A stretch of 64,000 nt of DNA from Bugula neritina (taxonomy: Eukaryota > Animalia > Bryozoa), in assembly GCA_964035545.1 (NCBI GenBank), contig OZ037767.1:19174628-19238627 (forward strand), in the 5' to 3' direction. Position numbers and translations under genes: made by a program. Numbering within the stretch: position 1 is the stretch's first letter; every line of letters starts with the position of its first letter. Under the pieces are notes generated by a model. It worked only from the letters and a program-made list of their open reading frames with translations. It searched no databases and was not told the origin of the DNA. This document shows, piece after piece, positions 49,592 through 64,000 of the stretch.

Positions 49592-50890
49592 GTCTATGCT
49601 TCTTCTTTTTAAATTATTTTCTTACTGTGGCTTATCAAAAGTTGATGTCAGTTGTTTGTTTTGACAGATATTCATACTGCGCACAGTTTGAACTCTGTTT
49701 TATTATATTTCTAAATCCTATTATTGATTTTGTACATTTTAAATTATTATTGATTCTAACCTATCTCCACTTTGTTTTGTATGAGTAGCAGCAAATCCAG
49801 CAATACATTATTAATACAGGCGTACAATTACCCTATGTATATGATAGAGCAAGGAATTTGATAATTACCCAAGCATCAAACATTCCAATGCTAGTTTTTC
49901 TCAAGGAAGCAAAATCCGTGTTTACCTACTTTTATATTTTTAGAAGCTTAAACATTCAACTTAAACAAACTAAAATTTTAATATAAAAATTCTGCTGTCT
50001 GTTGATTGATGGACGAACTATTGCATAACTTACAGACTATAAGCAACCTTAGAAATGAAAATAACTGTAACTAAGGCTATGCTACAGTTTGAAAAGGTGG
50101 CTGTGACTAACGGTTGATAAATTATTGAAACAGTCATAGATTCAAGTCTTTAAGGTTCCACTTACGTATATATTATATGCCATAATATACCCAGGGACTA
50201 TCACTTGTTCATATCTCACCCAGTTCAATCAATACAAATAAACAAAACTATTCAGATAAGCTTTTGTTGAAGTTATCTTGTTTTTTCACAATATATATGT
50301 AATGATTTGAAAAATATACATTATGTCAATATAATTTTTGTTGGTTGTTGCAATATATATTTGCTCTAAAAAGTAAGAAAAAAACAATGAATACAACCTA
50401 GAAAAACACACAAAGTAGAACTTTGAAATTTACAGTCAAGGTTTTTTCTCTGTAAACAGTCACTTTAAACCAACAAATCCGATGACTTGTTTGCTGCATT
50501 TTACACATTTTGTAGTGAGTTTACATGTGATCACGTGATGTACTTGTTTGTCGGAGAGCATCAGAATGAGGCTTTGTGGTAATAAGTAGTAAATTTGAAT
50601 AGTATAATTTTGGCCCTTAGAAAGGTAAGCTATTGGGATCAATGAATGTGAGTGAATTCATCAAGTGATATGCTTATAACAAACAAGTATTGACTATTCC
50701 AATTACAATACCTCTAAAATTATTGACCTACTTATAGGACACCATATTTGTGTATGTGTGTTCACGTTCATCGAAAACTTGCTCTAGGTTTATATAATGT
50801 CTATAAAATATATTTCTGAAATATATGTCATATATATATCAATTATAGAATTTAGATAAACTTGTATAACAAGTAATATTCACCTATTAA

Positions 50891-51034
50891 TCATTTCCCA
50901 CAGTAATTCTGGCTGAGTTTTGATTTCACAAGATAGACCTCTGTCATATTTATAAAAGCTGAAAAGCAGGTTCTCTCAAGGTGCTTGCTTGTGCCATCAG
51001 CCCTGTCATAAGTATATCCTTCACAAAAGATGTT
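50891..51034 (-). pseudogene. Orphan 3' part of a PAN exon marking the right edge of the array
   Basis: NIFCEGYTYDRADGTSKHLERTCFSAFINMTEVYLVKSKLSQNYCGK*; 5' part absent, one Cys changed to Ser. Confidence 0.85.
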
Positions 51035-51527
51035 CTTAATATTATTTCAATGAAAACCTGCTTTTTTTGGCTGCTGAATTATGTTTAATATATTGTTAAA
51101 ACAAATACTTTTTCAAACCCACACACCTAAACTTTTTCATTTCCAGAATTGCAATTAACATTAAATACTTGGTAATGTTTAAAAAAATTCACAGGCATTG
51201 GGAGAATGCAGCCATAAAATTTTGGGTCACAGAAAACAATCACCTTAAAATAGTAAGAACTATGAAACAATACAGAAGTAATCTGGAGAGGAGAAACTGC
51301 CTAATGTTTACCTGTTGTAGTGAAGAAAATTCATTCAAGTGCTATACTTTAATTTTATTTAGGCAGCAATATGAAAGCACCTTTGTACTTCTACCAGGTA
51401 TGTTTATAGGAGTAGCAGTGATCAAAATTCATCAATTTTTTTTATAAGTATTCAAGTAGAACTAGAGCAAGGTGTATAGAAATTTTAGTTTCAGGTTTTG
51501 TTGATGACTATAATTATTGACAAAATC

Positions 51528-51833
51528 TACCCTTAATTACCTAGACACACCTTGCTGCCCTGTAGGCCGTAACGTAAAATGTCAGCCATTTTTAATGTCT
51601 GGGCTGAAGTTCTCAAAGTGTGCTATTGTGTACAATTTATGTCCCCTCATTGGACATTTATATTTAATAAATTAACGCAATCGTCTTCCTGCTTGTCCAA
51701 TAGGAGCCCAACGCATCTTTTTTAATCAAGCAGTGCTTGATCCCACAACGCATGCAGGAAGCTCGAACATTTGTAGAAATTGCTGACATTTTACGTTATC
51801 GCCTACGGTGCGGCAAAGTGTGTCTAGAGGGTA
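51528..51833. mobile_element. MITE with about 60-bp imperfect TIRs
   Basis: CTAGACACACCTTGCTGCCCTGTAGGCCGTAACGTAAAATGTCAGC at 51541 mirrored by GCTGACATTTTACGTTATCGCCTACGGTGCGGCAAAGTGTGTCTAG ending 51827. Confidence 0.75.
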
Positions 51834-54800
51834 TGCAGACTTTAATAGCAACAAATTACGGAAAGGAAACAAGCAGATCTACAATTTAGTAACTAAATAA
51901 GTTAGGTCACAGTGATTCATATGCATATATAGGTATATATAGAACTACTAAGAATGGATCCTCCTGCATGCAATTATCAATGAAACAAGCTCAGCAATTG
52001 ATAGAGAAGCCATCATTTTACCTTAGAAAATAAAGAAAAACTTTAGAAGATGCATTTGAGAGAAAGAAGACAAAATAAGGCACCACAATAATTTTGATTA
52101 AATGATAAAATTGACTTGAAAACAGAGTTAATAATATTAGAGAAATCACGAGGTGATGCAATGCACAGTGGAAAAGGTACACAACAGAAGTATTTTAATT
52201 ATATTCCTTTCATCATCTACGGTGGTTAATTTGGCTTAAAAACTGAATTATTTTTCGAGCATTATTTACGGTGAAAATTAGTAGGTTGATTATATAATTC
52301 AGATACACTATGCAGTACCTATAACATTAATTTTAAAAGGATTTTCATTTTCATTTGCATTTTCTGATGTCTGTAAATAACTAGATATAATTGGTTGTTA
52401 AGTATTTAATGCTGATAGACATTCCAAAATTGAAAAAAAAATCAGGTTTGTGTATTTGAGATAGTATTCCTTTCAACCATCTGTTTAAATCAGTTGAGGT
52501 AACTCCAAATTTGAATTTTTAACTTTCAGAGTTCTAAAATAGTTCTGTTTGTCAAAACAAGCTATAAATTGATGTGAATTATGAAAAGTATTATACAATT
52601 TCTGTCAAGAATTAGTTTTATAGGTGTTTTACAAAAGTAGCTGCGTAAAAAACGTCAAGGACTTCCGAAAAAGGTATGCATATCTTTGTATATGTTCCGC
52701 TCACCCTTCACTCAACTTCTAGTCAAAACTTTTGTGAGAGAAAACCTCATAATAGATGTGTGGGATTTTTAAAAAGTGTTTTAGCGTTTAACTTGAAAAA
52801 ATCAAATAATTGCATGTTTACAATTTCGTTATGCCACTTTGAAAATTGCCAAACCCTTTGAAATCCACCACTTTCTAGTGAGAACCTTTCATATAAAATA
52901 AAGTTATAACTCAGATAAATGAAGTCAACAGAATATTGGCTTTGAGGTGATGTGATATTAAATTATTTAGTACTAATATGCTTCACTAGTCTAGTTTTGC
53001 ATTGTGGCACTTCCTCCCCCTTCTTCGCCCCCCCCCCCTCTCCCGGGTCAGAAGTGTACGTGTTTTGAGTATTTATATTATAAAACATATTATTATGAAC
53101 AAAGAAAAACAAAAACACTTCACAAGCTAAAATATGCGTATAATTTTTGTAAGTGCATCTAAAGCTGTCTCAGTCTGTCCCAGTATGTTTCAGTGTCTCC
53201 GGTTATATGTTCAAGTCTTCATAGCATGACTTCGAGAATTAATTCGTTTGTAATATATTAAAACATTTAAGATTTCTAACATTTTTCTTCCCTAAACATT
53301 TGTTGTTATTTGAAATAATAAAAAGCGCAAATTAGTGTAAACTATGTAATAATTTTGAGGCTTGCTTTTCAATAAATACAAAACGTTAAAACAGATTATG
53401 TGACCACGAATCAACTTTTTGAAAAATGTGAAGTTATTGTGACATAATTTATTTACTTGTATTTTTTTTGTGGTAAATCAGTGCAATATGGTTATGTAGC
53501 TCCCTGCTTTATACGTGCAGTGAGATAAGTCAAAACCATTCCTATTGTTTTATCATGTATAGGCATAAATTAAAAATTATGAAGTTATAAAAGTTTGTAA
53601 AACTTTATCACACCAAAATTTTGTTAAGAATTATTCTCAAAGTGAATTATAAGCAATATGGCATGTAGGCTAGGTGATTTTACACAGCATACGAAGTTGT
53701 CTGCTCAATAATAATATATTAGTTTCACCACAAACTCAAACTACAAACACTGAAGTCTTAAAAGCCTAAGTTAGGCCAAAACTTGCAAGTTTTGTGACTA
53801 AAACAAATTGACAGTCCATGCATTTTGAAGCTTTTCCAACATGTGCAGAATACAGCTTTACTCAAATACTTCTCATTCAACTAACATTATATTAAAATGA
53901 TGAAAAAATAGCTAAAAGTGTTGTTTTGAATCAATGAGAATTGTTTGTTCAAATCTAAACAGCATTGAATAAAAGTAATAATTTGCTTTTTTTTTCAATT
54001 TGCTGAATGCATTTGGGTAGAGATAAGTGTTTTTGGCTCCATAATTGCAGGTTCTCTGTATTGATTGGGTCAAATAAAACAATAAAAAGTTGTATAAATG
54101 TTATAATTTGACATCTCTTTGACATATTTCTAAACATAACACATTGTGTTCTAACTAACTTGATTGTAAATCATTCACAATATGTTATGCACAGAATGTT
54201 ATAGATACCTGTCTATTCAAGCAATAACTTGCTGTTATGGGCTCAAGCCTAGTTCTTTATAGCTAATTTGTATACTTATTCTTTCACTTACTGTGCTATA
54301 CACCTATACAGTTTTATCAGCATCAGCCAAGGTCTCTGGATTATAGTTCTCTCTAAGCAGTCTTATATCTTTCTACTTCGAAGCATCAAAAGAAAGTGCA
54401 AATGTTATTTATAGTGGAGAGTATTTTTCTGTTTCGTTCAGTTGCATCCAATTGTAGTAGACTTTCTGCAATAGTAGCAACAGTTTAGCAACAAGCACTG
54501 CCAGTTAGTGTCATTCAGTTGGTGACAGCATGGATGCTGTATGACACAGGTGCTCTGAACAATAGCTTCGGTTTACGTAAGTTATCTTTGGCTGTTTACT
54601 ACAATTTTCTCATTTTGCATTTGTAGCACCATAAGCTACTACCGATTCTTGCAGTAACTTACGACTTCATATCATTTGCACTGCATATAGGTTACCAACC
54701 TTATATTGGAGTAAATAAGGCAACAAGTAAACAATACAATGTACAAAATGAAAGTTGATTTCATCAGGTGAATGCTTTACCACAACCAATTATACTAAAG

Positions 54801-55344
54801 TATGCATAAACTGCCTAAGCAATTACACATTGAGGTAGTTGACATTTTAATCAGGATATTCAACAATATCGTGATAAGATTATTGTATGTTGCAGTCAAC
54901 TACTATAATATGTTTAGTGGTGGGCATGTGTTGTGATAGTGTGTGTTATTTTGTATTTTCATAGTGTATGCTTTATATGTTGAATAATGGATGTGACATC
55001 TTCAGTCCCCAAGCACTCTGAGGTATGTTGTATTTTAAGCTTTTGGTGAAACTGTGAAAAGCTAGGCCTGAGCCCTTTGCTGTGTACTGCCACGCTATTG
55101 GTCAAAAATGTATCATAAAATACTAGTCTTGATGAATCAATAGGTTTACTTTTGTCTGTTATGGGCATTTTTAAATAGCGTGTCAATGACTTTAACTTAT
55201 GAAAACTTCATTAAACTTTCAAAATAACATAATATTGCAAAAGTATGGTGCATTTTCAAAATTTAAGTTATTTTTGTAGATGTAGTATGCTAGGTGTAGT
55301 GTGTTATGTGTTATATAGTTTTGAGATTGTGATAAACTACTCTA

Positions 55345-55525
55345 GGCCTACTTTCACACTTTTCACACCTATACGGTCGTAGTCCTGTACAGGTAACCGG
55401 TCTGCAGGTTTCCAATCTTTATCAGCATCCACCATCTTTCCCGGTCTTCTGCATCCTCTGGTTTAAGGTCCCAACGCTTCATGTCATCTCCTATCGTGTC
55501 CATCCATTTTTAGGCCTACCGCGTT
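55345..55525 (-). mobile_element. Short 3' fragment of an RTE-type LINE
   Basis: Translates to WMDTIGDDMKRWDLKPEDAEDRERWWMLI, a typical RTE ORF end. Confidence 0.6.
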
Positions 55526-56336
55526 AGATATTTACAAGACTTTTTAAATCATTTGTATTGTTGAGCAAATGGTGATGCTCAATTCTCTATTAACTTTACT
55601 AAATACCAACTAATGTTGTGTAAATAAAATAAACCTATTACAATAAAATGATAACAAATAGTTACAATGTGTAAATATCATACAACTGGATTTGTTTAGC
55701 AAAGACTTGAACACTTGGTTGTTTTTCTCTAGTTTAACAATAACAAAATACTATATAAACTTACAAGATATATAATAGCAACTCTGTACAGCAAAGAGAA
55801 ATAGTAAAGTTTAACAAGGTCTAGCACCATTTTTAAATTTTGACAGCAGCTACCTGCAGGTATAACTTTTAGCTAACAAATTAGCAGTTACTATATCTTT
55901 ACTGCATGTACTATAAACCATGCAGTTGCCTAGAAATTTTTCCTTATATCATTCAAATTGATGGATAACAATAGGCAGCTTTGAAACAAAATGGTGGAAT
56001 CTTTTCTATTTTCACTTTCTAGCCATACCCCAACAACCTCAGGCCTTCAAACATACATTATGCAACGCATAATTTGAAAGCAGCATCACTTAATACAAAT
56101 AATGCTGCAGTGAAAGGCGACCAAAGACAACTGCTCTATTCTGACTCTATTTCAATTTACTTGCTTTTCTCTGTGCCACACTTTTCAATGTAGCATCATT
56201 CTAACTTAGATGATGGAGAAATTAATAGTACACTAAGTGAATACAAATAAGTTAATATGCTATGCTAATTATGACAGTTAGGATAGCTATATGTGAGCAG
56301 AGAGTAGCTAGTAGATGTAAGTTTTATTTGCTGTAG

Positions 56337-59300
56337 AAGTCCAGAACTGTGAGGCAACTAAAGAGGTTGTCTAGTGTACAAACATTGATGCCGCAAGTGC
56401 CTGAAGAACACGAAGATGGAAACGGCAGCATCTATCGCACTAACTTTCGACAGCATGGAATACATTCTAAACCTTTGATTGGCTCTGATGCAAATGAGAT
56501 GCCAATTAAATTATCACCGCAGGAACTTAGTGTTGAGGCTAATCAGTGCTTTACATGGATGTGTAAGGAAGCTAACGCAGTTACCTGCGGCACCTCAACA
56601 CCACACAATCAGTACCTCTCTTCACCTGAGAGTTTCACTGCAGATAGTCAGCAGTATACTAGTCTCATGTCAGGCGAGTCAATGGCCAGCACTCAAACTT
56701 GTAAGCAAGTAGAAAGCGGTCTATCAGGCAGTTGCCCAATCAAAAACAATGAAACAGAAGAATCTAAGATGGAAGGAGAAGATCCACAGTCTTTCCTGAA
56801 GTCAATGGGTCCTGATTTGACACAGAATTCAACTGCAGTTGACCTTGAGAAAGGTGAGATATCAGCAGAGATAAGTCACACTTCCTCGCCAGATCTCTTG
56901 AAGGTGGACGTTTTACCTGCTGGCAGAGAGCAGAGGGCTCATAGCGTGCCGGCTAGAGTCGAAACATCAGAGCTCCTGATCTCACAGGCACAGCAAGGAC
57001 ACGACTTTTCAGCTTTAGAAACAAACGCTTCTCAAGATGAGGCAATACCTGGTCAGTCTCAAACTCTGATATTTGGAAGATTTTCTTCAGCAGATGAGCT
57101 AGCTGCCAGGTACATTATATATTGTTATTTTGAGAGTTTGATGGGGTCAGCAATGAGATAATGCATAACAACAATGTGTGTGTTGCAAATTATTAAGAAA
57201 TAGATAGACCCATTATAGCATCTGTGGTAATTTTATTACAACATTTCTAATGACTCCATGAGTTAGTATTTGGGTTACAACATGTAAGGATATTTAGAAA
57301 AAGGGCTGTTGTTAACAGTACTTTGCTATCTACGTCACTTCAAGCTAGGAATGTTACTAGGTAGTCTAATGCACAATTATTGTACAGTTATTAAATTGCC
57401 TCATAAAATATATTAACTGCTGCTGCTTAGTTCTTACCTCTAATAATCTAATAGACGGATGAAGAAGGTTTAATTAATTCATCAAGTGCTGATTATAACA
57501 CATTGGTTTTTACACTGCAGCTGCTGTAAATGTTACTCACACCTAGCACTGAGGTTCCATTGCTTCTTATTATGGTTATACGGAGTTTTCAGTCCATGTT
57601 TGGGACAGCATAAGTTACTGGAAATGAAACCACAAATTCATTGTATATGAATATCAATACGAATCTAATGGAAGCTATGGAAACGCAGTTAAGATGAATA
57701 ACTGTGAGTAATACTAGCTAGAGCTTATGCAGGTGTACGCTAGAGGTGATCCACTATGCTAAGGTTATATACAGTGAATGCTGCTGAAAATATCATTACA
57801 GCTATTTTATTATATGTAGGTTATTACTGATCCATTTTACTCAATTAGAAACCATATTATAGTTGCGCTCAGCTTAGCTGAAGTAGTTAATGAGAACTGC
57901 ATATCAGCATATGTCTGTAGCTACATGTACTTAGAGTAACTTAATGTACATTAAAATTACCAAAATGTACCAGTTAAAATTACAGAATGTATTTTAAAGT
58001 GTCTACAGTATCTTAAAGTCAGAAAATGTATTCTTAAAGTACATATGGCTAAACACAATCTAAAATTATCAAATGTATTTTAAAAGTAAACACATTTCGT
58101 GTGTCAAATGTTCTGATTTCTCAAATTCTTAATGCTTTTTCCTGCCTTTTCAAGAACTTGAGAATAATTTTATAATTTCTTATCATTTGTATTATCTATA
58201 TATATCAATTAAATTACATGAGTGCTAAATATTCTACTACTACATGGTAACTACTCCAGCTGATATATCTAGTACTTGTATTAATGCTTGGTGTGTGCAT
58301 GTGTAAAAGGAGGCAAGCTAATACTGCAATATTACTATAACCAACAGCAACAATATATCATGTTATATCATATGTGTGTGTAAAAAGAGACAGCCTAATA
58401 CAACACCACAACAGCAGCAATGCAAACACTTGTATCATGTAATACTATACAAACTAATTACCTTTTAGCTAAAGACCAGGTAGTAAAATTTGAAGGCTCA
58501 GATGCCTTACTCTCCCCTCCCCCACCTTTCAGTGTGTTCACTTGTGTAATAGGCTGTAGAGCATAAACATAGCATACATGTATCTATAGTAATAAAGTAA
58601 TAAGGTTTAATGTAAATGACTATTGTAATATCTTACGCCTAGTACTTAGATTTTGATGCAGATGCTTATTTAAGGGAAACGAGTAATGTTTTGCAACAGT
58701 TTTTTTATTTTTGAAGTTTGTAAATCCATCACCATCAAAAAATGGTAAAGCCATGACACCTAACACTTTACTTTTTTATTCACTGCCCGTATTAAGTATG
58801 TAGGAACACTGCTATTTGTATACTAATTTGCTGTGTATTGTGTAACCATGTAATACTGACATTACATATGCATCTTGCAGTGAGCAAAAGGCCGAAGAGC
58901 TGGAATCGAAATTCGTATACATGACAGCTACACTTTCAACTCAGAAAGAGACACTGGACAAGAGACTAGAGATGAGTGAGCGCAATAGAGTCAGCACTGA
59001 AGAATGTCTAAGCAATGAAGTGGCTAACTTGGCAGCAGAAATTAGAGTGAGTATATGCAGTAACTAACTTATATTATACGTATAACTTCAAGTTGTAAAC
59101 AGTGTGAAGTTACTATACCCGAATCATCTCCACACTCTTTCATTACACAGCAATAACAGATATTTAAAACTTGCAGGTCATTTAATATCTGTAATACTGC
59201 TCAGCAATTTTGTTTAATACATGTTGGCAATTGATTGTTTTTCCCTGTAATTACTAGGTTATACAATATAATATTACTAGAATATTGCCGGAAAGCGGAA

Positions 59301-62300
59301 TTGCTGTTGGAAATCAACCCACTGTGATGTAAAAGTGAAAATTCCATACCCTAGTGATAGTGAAGATTACATAGTGCAAGTGAATAGTATATAGTAATAG
59401 TGAAGAGTATATAGTAATAGTTGAGAGTATATAGTAATAGCTGAGAGTATATAGTATAATAGTGAATAGTATATAGTAATAGTTGAGAGTATATAGTATA
59501 ATAGTGAATAGTATATAGCTATAGTTGTGAGGATATAGTATAATAGTGAATAGTATATAGCTATAGTTGTGAGGATATAGTATAATAGTGAATAGTATAT
59601 AGTAATAGTGAATAGTATATAGTAATAGTTGAGAGTATATAGTAATAGTGAATAGTATATAGGTATAGTTGAGAGTATATTATAGTATAATAGTGAATAG
59701 TATATAGTATAATAGTGAATAGTATATAGGTATAGTTGAGAGTATATAGTATAATATTGAATAGTATATAGCTATAGTTGAGAGTATATAGTATAATAGT
59801 GAATAGTATATAGCTATAGTTGTGTGCAAGTCGCCTATGAATGCAGCAGTAGTCTGCCAGGCTAGCAGACACTGAGTTTAGTTGTTGTTCACATTAATAA
59901 GTTTGAGTTGAAAATGTTGGATTTGCATTTGCAGTATAAACCATGAGTTTTATCTATTTCTAAAATGGTATAAGCAAAGCTTGAAATACAATCAAGTTTA
60001 TTTGGAATTTCAGAGAAAGGAAAACTCAAACCTAACATATGACCATAGGGTACATGAAAGTTGCTTCACAAAACACAAGCAAACAGTAATTAAAATAAAA
60101 TAAACACTTGAAGCATATTTGCCTCTTTATAAGGTATTTTCATGCAATAATAGCCCTCATGTGTTTATTTACGTCACATTGTTCAACTCTGCCCATTACA
60201 AAGGGATGATGATTATTTCAAAAAGGATGTTAGAGGGTGTGTTCAGTTTTAAATTTACAGGAATTCATGAAACTTTTGAATGTCAAACAAAATTTGCAAA
60301 CTGGAAAATAATTTGCATTACGGCAATCTATCAAATAAAGTAAATTTGAAATAAAAAATTCATATGCAACAAAGTAACTGCATATATCATAACATGCCTT
60401 TATCTAATCCCAGAAAATATACTGTTATAGATATAAAGTACAATGCACCTTTTACCCTACTGCAGTACTCTACTATTTCATGTTTACCCGGCTGATTTAT
60501 TACATAACATTGCAAGATGAGAGTGTCATAAAATACTACATATCAATATAGCAATAAAATGTACCTCTAGCAACCAATATGCTATAAATAAGAAGGCATT
60601 TTCATTACAGCTATAAAACACGATTCTTCTATTTGTTACGTAAACATGGAATTATTGCTAGGAGATTCTGTAACAGATTTAATGTTACCACCTTATATAT
60701 GAATAACACTTTACACTTGAGCCATCATGCATATTAGTGTTGGTTCTCTAAAGGCATATCTAATTATTTTGCATATTCATTAGTTAAAGTTTTATTGCCT
60801 GATTTTAGAATTTAATGAATGGAGAATTGGAGAAAGAGTTAAAAGAAAAATTACAAAGTTGCGAAAAGCATCTTCAAAAAATTATCCCACTCTTCAGGGC
60901 CCTGGCAAACAAATCAGAAGTGTGTGGAGCTGTTAAACAGGTGACCTGAAGTAGTAGTATTTCAGTTGCTATAGGGAGGTCCTTGTTTGCTTATAAGTTG
61001 TGCTCTTCAAAAAAGCTCGTCAAAAATACAATCTGTATAAATTCAATAGTAACCCCAACCCCTGACATTTCATTTGCAACAACTTAGCATAATCTAAGAA
61101 TTATCTTCCCATGTAAAATTGATGCTAATTCACAAGTATCAACTGCCCTTTGATTGTGGGAGTTATTAAACCTTCAGTTTATTATTTTCACTACTATATT
61201 ATTTTGTCGTAATACACATTGCGCCAGAGTGCTCTAAATACAGAGAAAGGCAGATAATTGCAGTATAAATTATAATGATACTATTATGCAGCTTAGTTTT
61301 GTTAAAGTAAGCTGCAATGCTGTAGGAGAGGAAACAGCTGGTAGCCTCAGAGTCTATGGTCATGTATGTGGAGCACGTGAAACGTCTGCATGCTAGAGAG
61401 TCTACAGATCATCAGGCTACAAGACTTAGGCTAATGAAGGCTCAACAGGAGTGGAGTGACGTGGGAGACAACTCCGTAAACGTTAACATTACAAGAAGGT
61501 CATCTACTGTGGGTGGAAGTACACAGGTACAGTTACAATAGTACACTCTAGAAATGGCTGGCAATGAAAACATAATTATTATACAAAAAAATAACTTACC
61601 CCCTTCTCTTTCTTCCCCCACCCCTTGTGTGCATGCCTAGCCCATTATTACCAAATATATATATACTTCCTGAGATATATATTTTTGTGCAAGTCTAACA
61701 TAAATTGTGAATTTTTAAATATGTCTGCCTTATCATAACAAGTTCAACCCATTTAAGCAGTTATTATCATTTATATTACTTTTATATATATTGTTGAATG
61801 ATTGTTTCACGATGAAAGTCTGCATTTTGTGTATCATTCATACTGTGTTTGTAGACACTCAACAAAAGAAGAGCAAGTGTTGCTCTCACAGCTCTACCAA
61901 ACATCCTTGGTGGACAAGGTTTAAAGCAGTTTTCTATGGTAACAGTTTACGCAACTTCTCATAGGTTTATAACATGTTGGTTTAGATATATATTTCAAGT
62001 TTATTGGTATGAAAATAGGTATCAACTCAATTAGTTATAAAGGAGTTACATTTTTACTGCAATGAGACTTTACTTGAAATGCACAGGTGGCAAGATTAAT
62101 AAATTCACAACTACTGTGATCTTTCAAAGCAAACTGTAGTTGTTCCCTCTTTTCCTGATAACGCACACAGAGGAAACTCCAAAAAGCTAGTAGCTAACTT
62201 TTAGGATGTTAGCTAATAACAGCTTAATAAAAGTTGTGTTATGTATTTAATTTTTTAGGATCCAAAGTCCCGTTTTCAACAAATAGTGCGGAGAAGTTCC

Positions 62301-63655
62301 CAAAGCAATCACAAATTTTTTCGACATCCTTCTACAGAAAGTGACTCTGGAGATTACGTAGAGTTGCCAGGTGTTACTGTTAACAGGGCACATGCTCTAA
62401 CTGACACGTCAGCAACAGGTACTTGTTCAACACCAGTAAGGGCCCTGTCAACACCAGCATGCAATTCGACTCCCAGAACATGCTTTGGTGCATCAGAAGG
62501 TGTGAGTGACAAGAGCTCTCTGGATGGCTTTAGGTGAGATAGCTTTGACCAGGTTACCTACTGATATTACTCGCTCAGTTAAATAGATTTGTAAAGCTGC
62601 TTGCCCGCAAAATAGACGTTTTCTTGATTGACAAATTCACTGAGTGAAATGGCTTCGGTGACTTTGTTACAGGTGTATTATGCAAAAGTTTGAGCAAGTG
62701 AATGCTTACTTTTTATTGAAGTGTAGCAGGAAAATTATATTATTTGCATTTAATACCTGCTTCCAGAGTTACCTCGTTAGCAAGTTTAATTTACCTATTG
62801 ATTATAGTTAGTGATATACTATACTATCTAGTGATATACTATACTATCTAGTGCTATACTATACTATCTAGTGATATACTATACTGTCTAGTGCTATACT
62901 ATACTATCTAGTGATATCACCTACCGCTGCCTTTTCTTCTCCTATACAGTCAGCTAGCGGTTATAAAGACAATCAGTGCTGTGATGCCGTCAGTACAAAC
63001 TGTAGAAAAGCCAGAAAAGGTGGAAGTTCGAAGTACTATTAGAAGAAGAAGGTCAATCAAAAGATCAGGCACTTCTGGCTCTCAAAGAAACAGCATGTAT
63101 GAGAAGATAACTTATTATTAAAAAAAACTCACACAAGTTTATAGTCGTTATCCCTGTGAGAACCCCTGATAGAAAGGGTGTTTAAGTGGTCTCAGAATTT
63201 GGTTTCTATTGCGCCAAAGAAGCATTCGTGGCTCACGGCCTTCCCTAACATCATCAATGGCCTTTACTGGGATTCGAACCACTGACTGATTGGGTTTACT
63301 AAACCACTGCTCCTGCCATTAGATCACAGATGTTCCTTATTTGTATATACCTAGTACCATATCACATACATATGTGGAAACAAATGTATCATGCCCAACA
63401 CATACATGTTCAGAATTATATGTAAAATGCTTGAAGCCCTTAGCAACATATATTTTATACAATACGATAATAAATATAATATGTATGGCTTTATGCTGCA
63501 ATTAAATTATTGTAGATGACTATTTTTAAACATATCAACCTGTATAATTTTAGAGACCAGTCAACCTACAACAAGGAGAGCTTTAATCAATCAAACAGGT
63601 TCTCGGACATGTTGTTGAAGTTGGACAGAATCTTGAGTGACCATGACTTGTACAG
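56337..63655 (+). CDS. IRAG/MRVI1/LRMP(Jaw1)-family coiled-coil protein, partial. Exons 56337-57109, 58881-59046, 60809-60940, 61326-61526, 61855-61938, 62259-62533, 62950-63096, 63554-63655; continues beyond window
   Basis: Eight GT-AG exons join in frame. ELESKFVYMTATLSTQKETLDKRLEMSERNRVSTEECL and SEVCGAVKQERKQLVASESMVMYVEHVKRLHARE resemble the MRVI1/LRMP coiled-coil pattern (F..L...F..D..TL..R....ER.R...EEN; AE..GA..QE.R...A.EVM..HVENLKR.Y..E), recognised from memory. Start codon uncertain (first ATG 56388). Confidence 0.75.
59380..59822. repeat. Complex minisatellite built from GAATAGTATATAGTA(T)AATAGT variants
   Basis: Directly visible; explains ORF 59561-59872. Confidence 0.9.
62810..62917. 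repeat. 20-bp tandem repeat AGTG(A/C)TATACTATACTATCT, about 5 copies
   Basis: Directly visible just upstream of the acceptor at 62949. Confidence 0.9.
63120..63336 (-). mobile_element. tRNA-derived SINE, related subfamily
   Basis: Reverse complement head TGATCTAATGGCAGGAGCAGTGGTTTAGTAAACC...GGTTCGAATCCC. 3' tail CTCACAGGGATAACGACTATAAACTTGTGTGAGTTTTT shared with the other SINE copies; middle differs. Confidence 0.7.
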
Positions 63656-64000
63656 GTCAGTCAATAATGTCGCAATCATCTCACAAGTTATTGCATTTTT
63701 TTCTATATAAATATGCTATGGTAGCGGGTGAGAGCGGGGGGGGGGGGTTGAGGTTGCAGCCTGTTAGCACCAATTAACTTAGCCATAATGCCGCAATGCC
63801 TATTACTATTTATTCATTTCCCATAATCATCTAACATATTAGTATAACTTAAAGCAGATCCTATAAGCATCATGATGAGGCTTCTCATAGCATACTATAT
63901 CACAGTTTCTAATTTTATATTAGAAGTTTCTTACGTTATATAATTTTATTTGGGCTCAATTGGTTTCATTTCAACAAATATAAACATGCTTCCAGAGTAT

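Noticed and set aside
54311-54576. Possible upstream exon of the IRAG-like gene (donor GTAAGT near 54577)
   Set aside because: Its open frame ends in phase 1 and does not join the phase-0 exon at 56337; it may be 5'UTR but cannot be supported without transcripts.
57548-57689. Short imperfect inverted repeat (ACTGAGGTTCCATTGCTTC / GAAGCTATGGAAACGCAGT)
   Set aside because: Possibly an old MITE, but too short and degenerate, with no clear TSD.

Overview
AT-rich, intron-containing animal (invertebrate-like) genomic DNA; the species cannot be determined from the window. The centre (about 4-51 kb) is a tandem array of small four-exon genes for secreted proteins of about 205 aa: signal peptide, 8-Cys WSC domain, then a 6-Cys PAN/Apple-like domain. 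Six copies can be spliced into complete ORFs (four on +, two on -, converging near 39.7 kb), with several orphan exon relics between them. Differences between copies concentrate in three short WSC loops. Each intron 3 opens with a degenerate 30-bp repeat ladder carrying serial splice-donor-like sites. Between copies 1 and 2 lies a 12.7 kb transposon pile-up: a hAT-type MITE holding a second MITE and a very young Ty3/Gypsy element, followed 22 bp later by a pol-less Mag-like LTR element. Each LTR element carries an extra 3' ORF with zinc-binding motifs plus a coiled coil. Also present are RTE, L2/CR1 and Penelope-like relics, tRNA-Thr-derived SINEs and a hammerhead-like palindrome. The flanks hold an uncharacterised single-TM gene (-, left edge) and an IRAG/MRVI1/LRMP-family gene (+, right edge). 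All gene models were spliced by eye from GT-AG sites and frame continuity; no database search was run.
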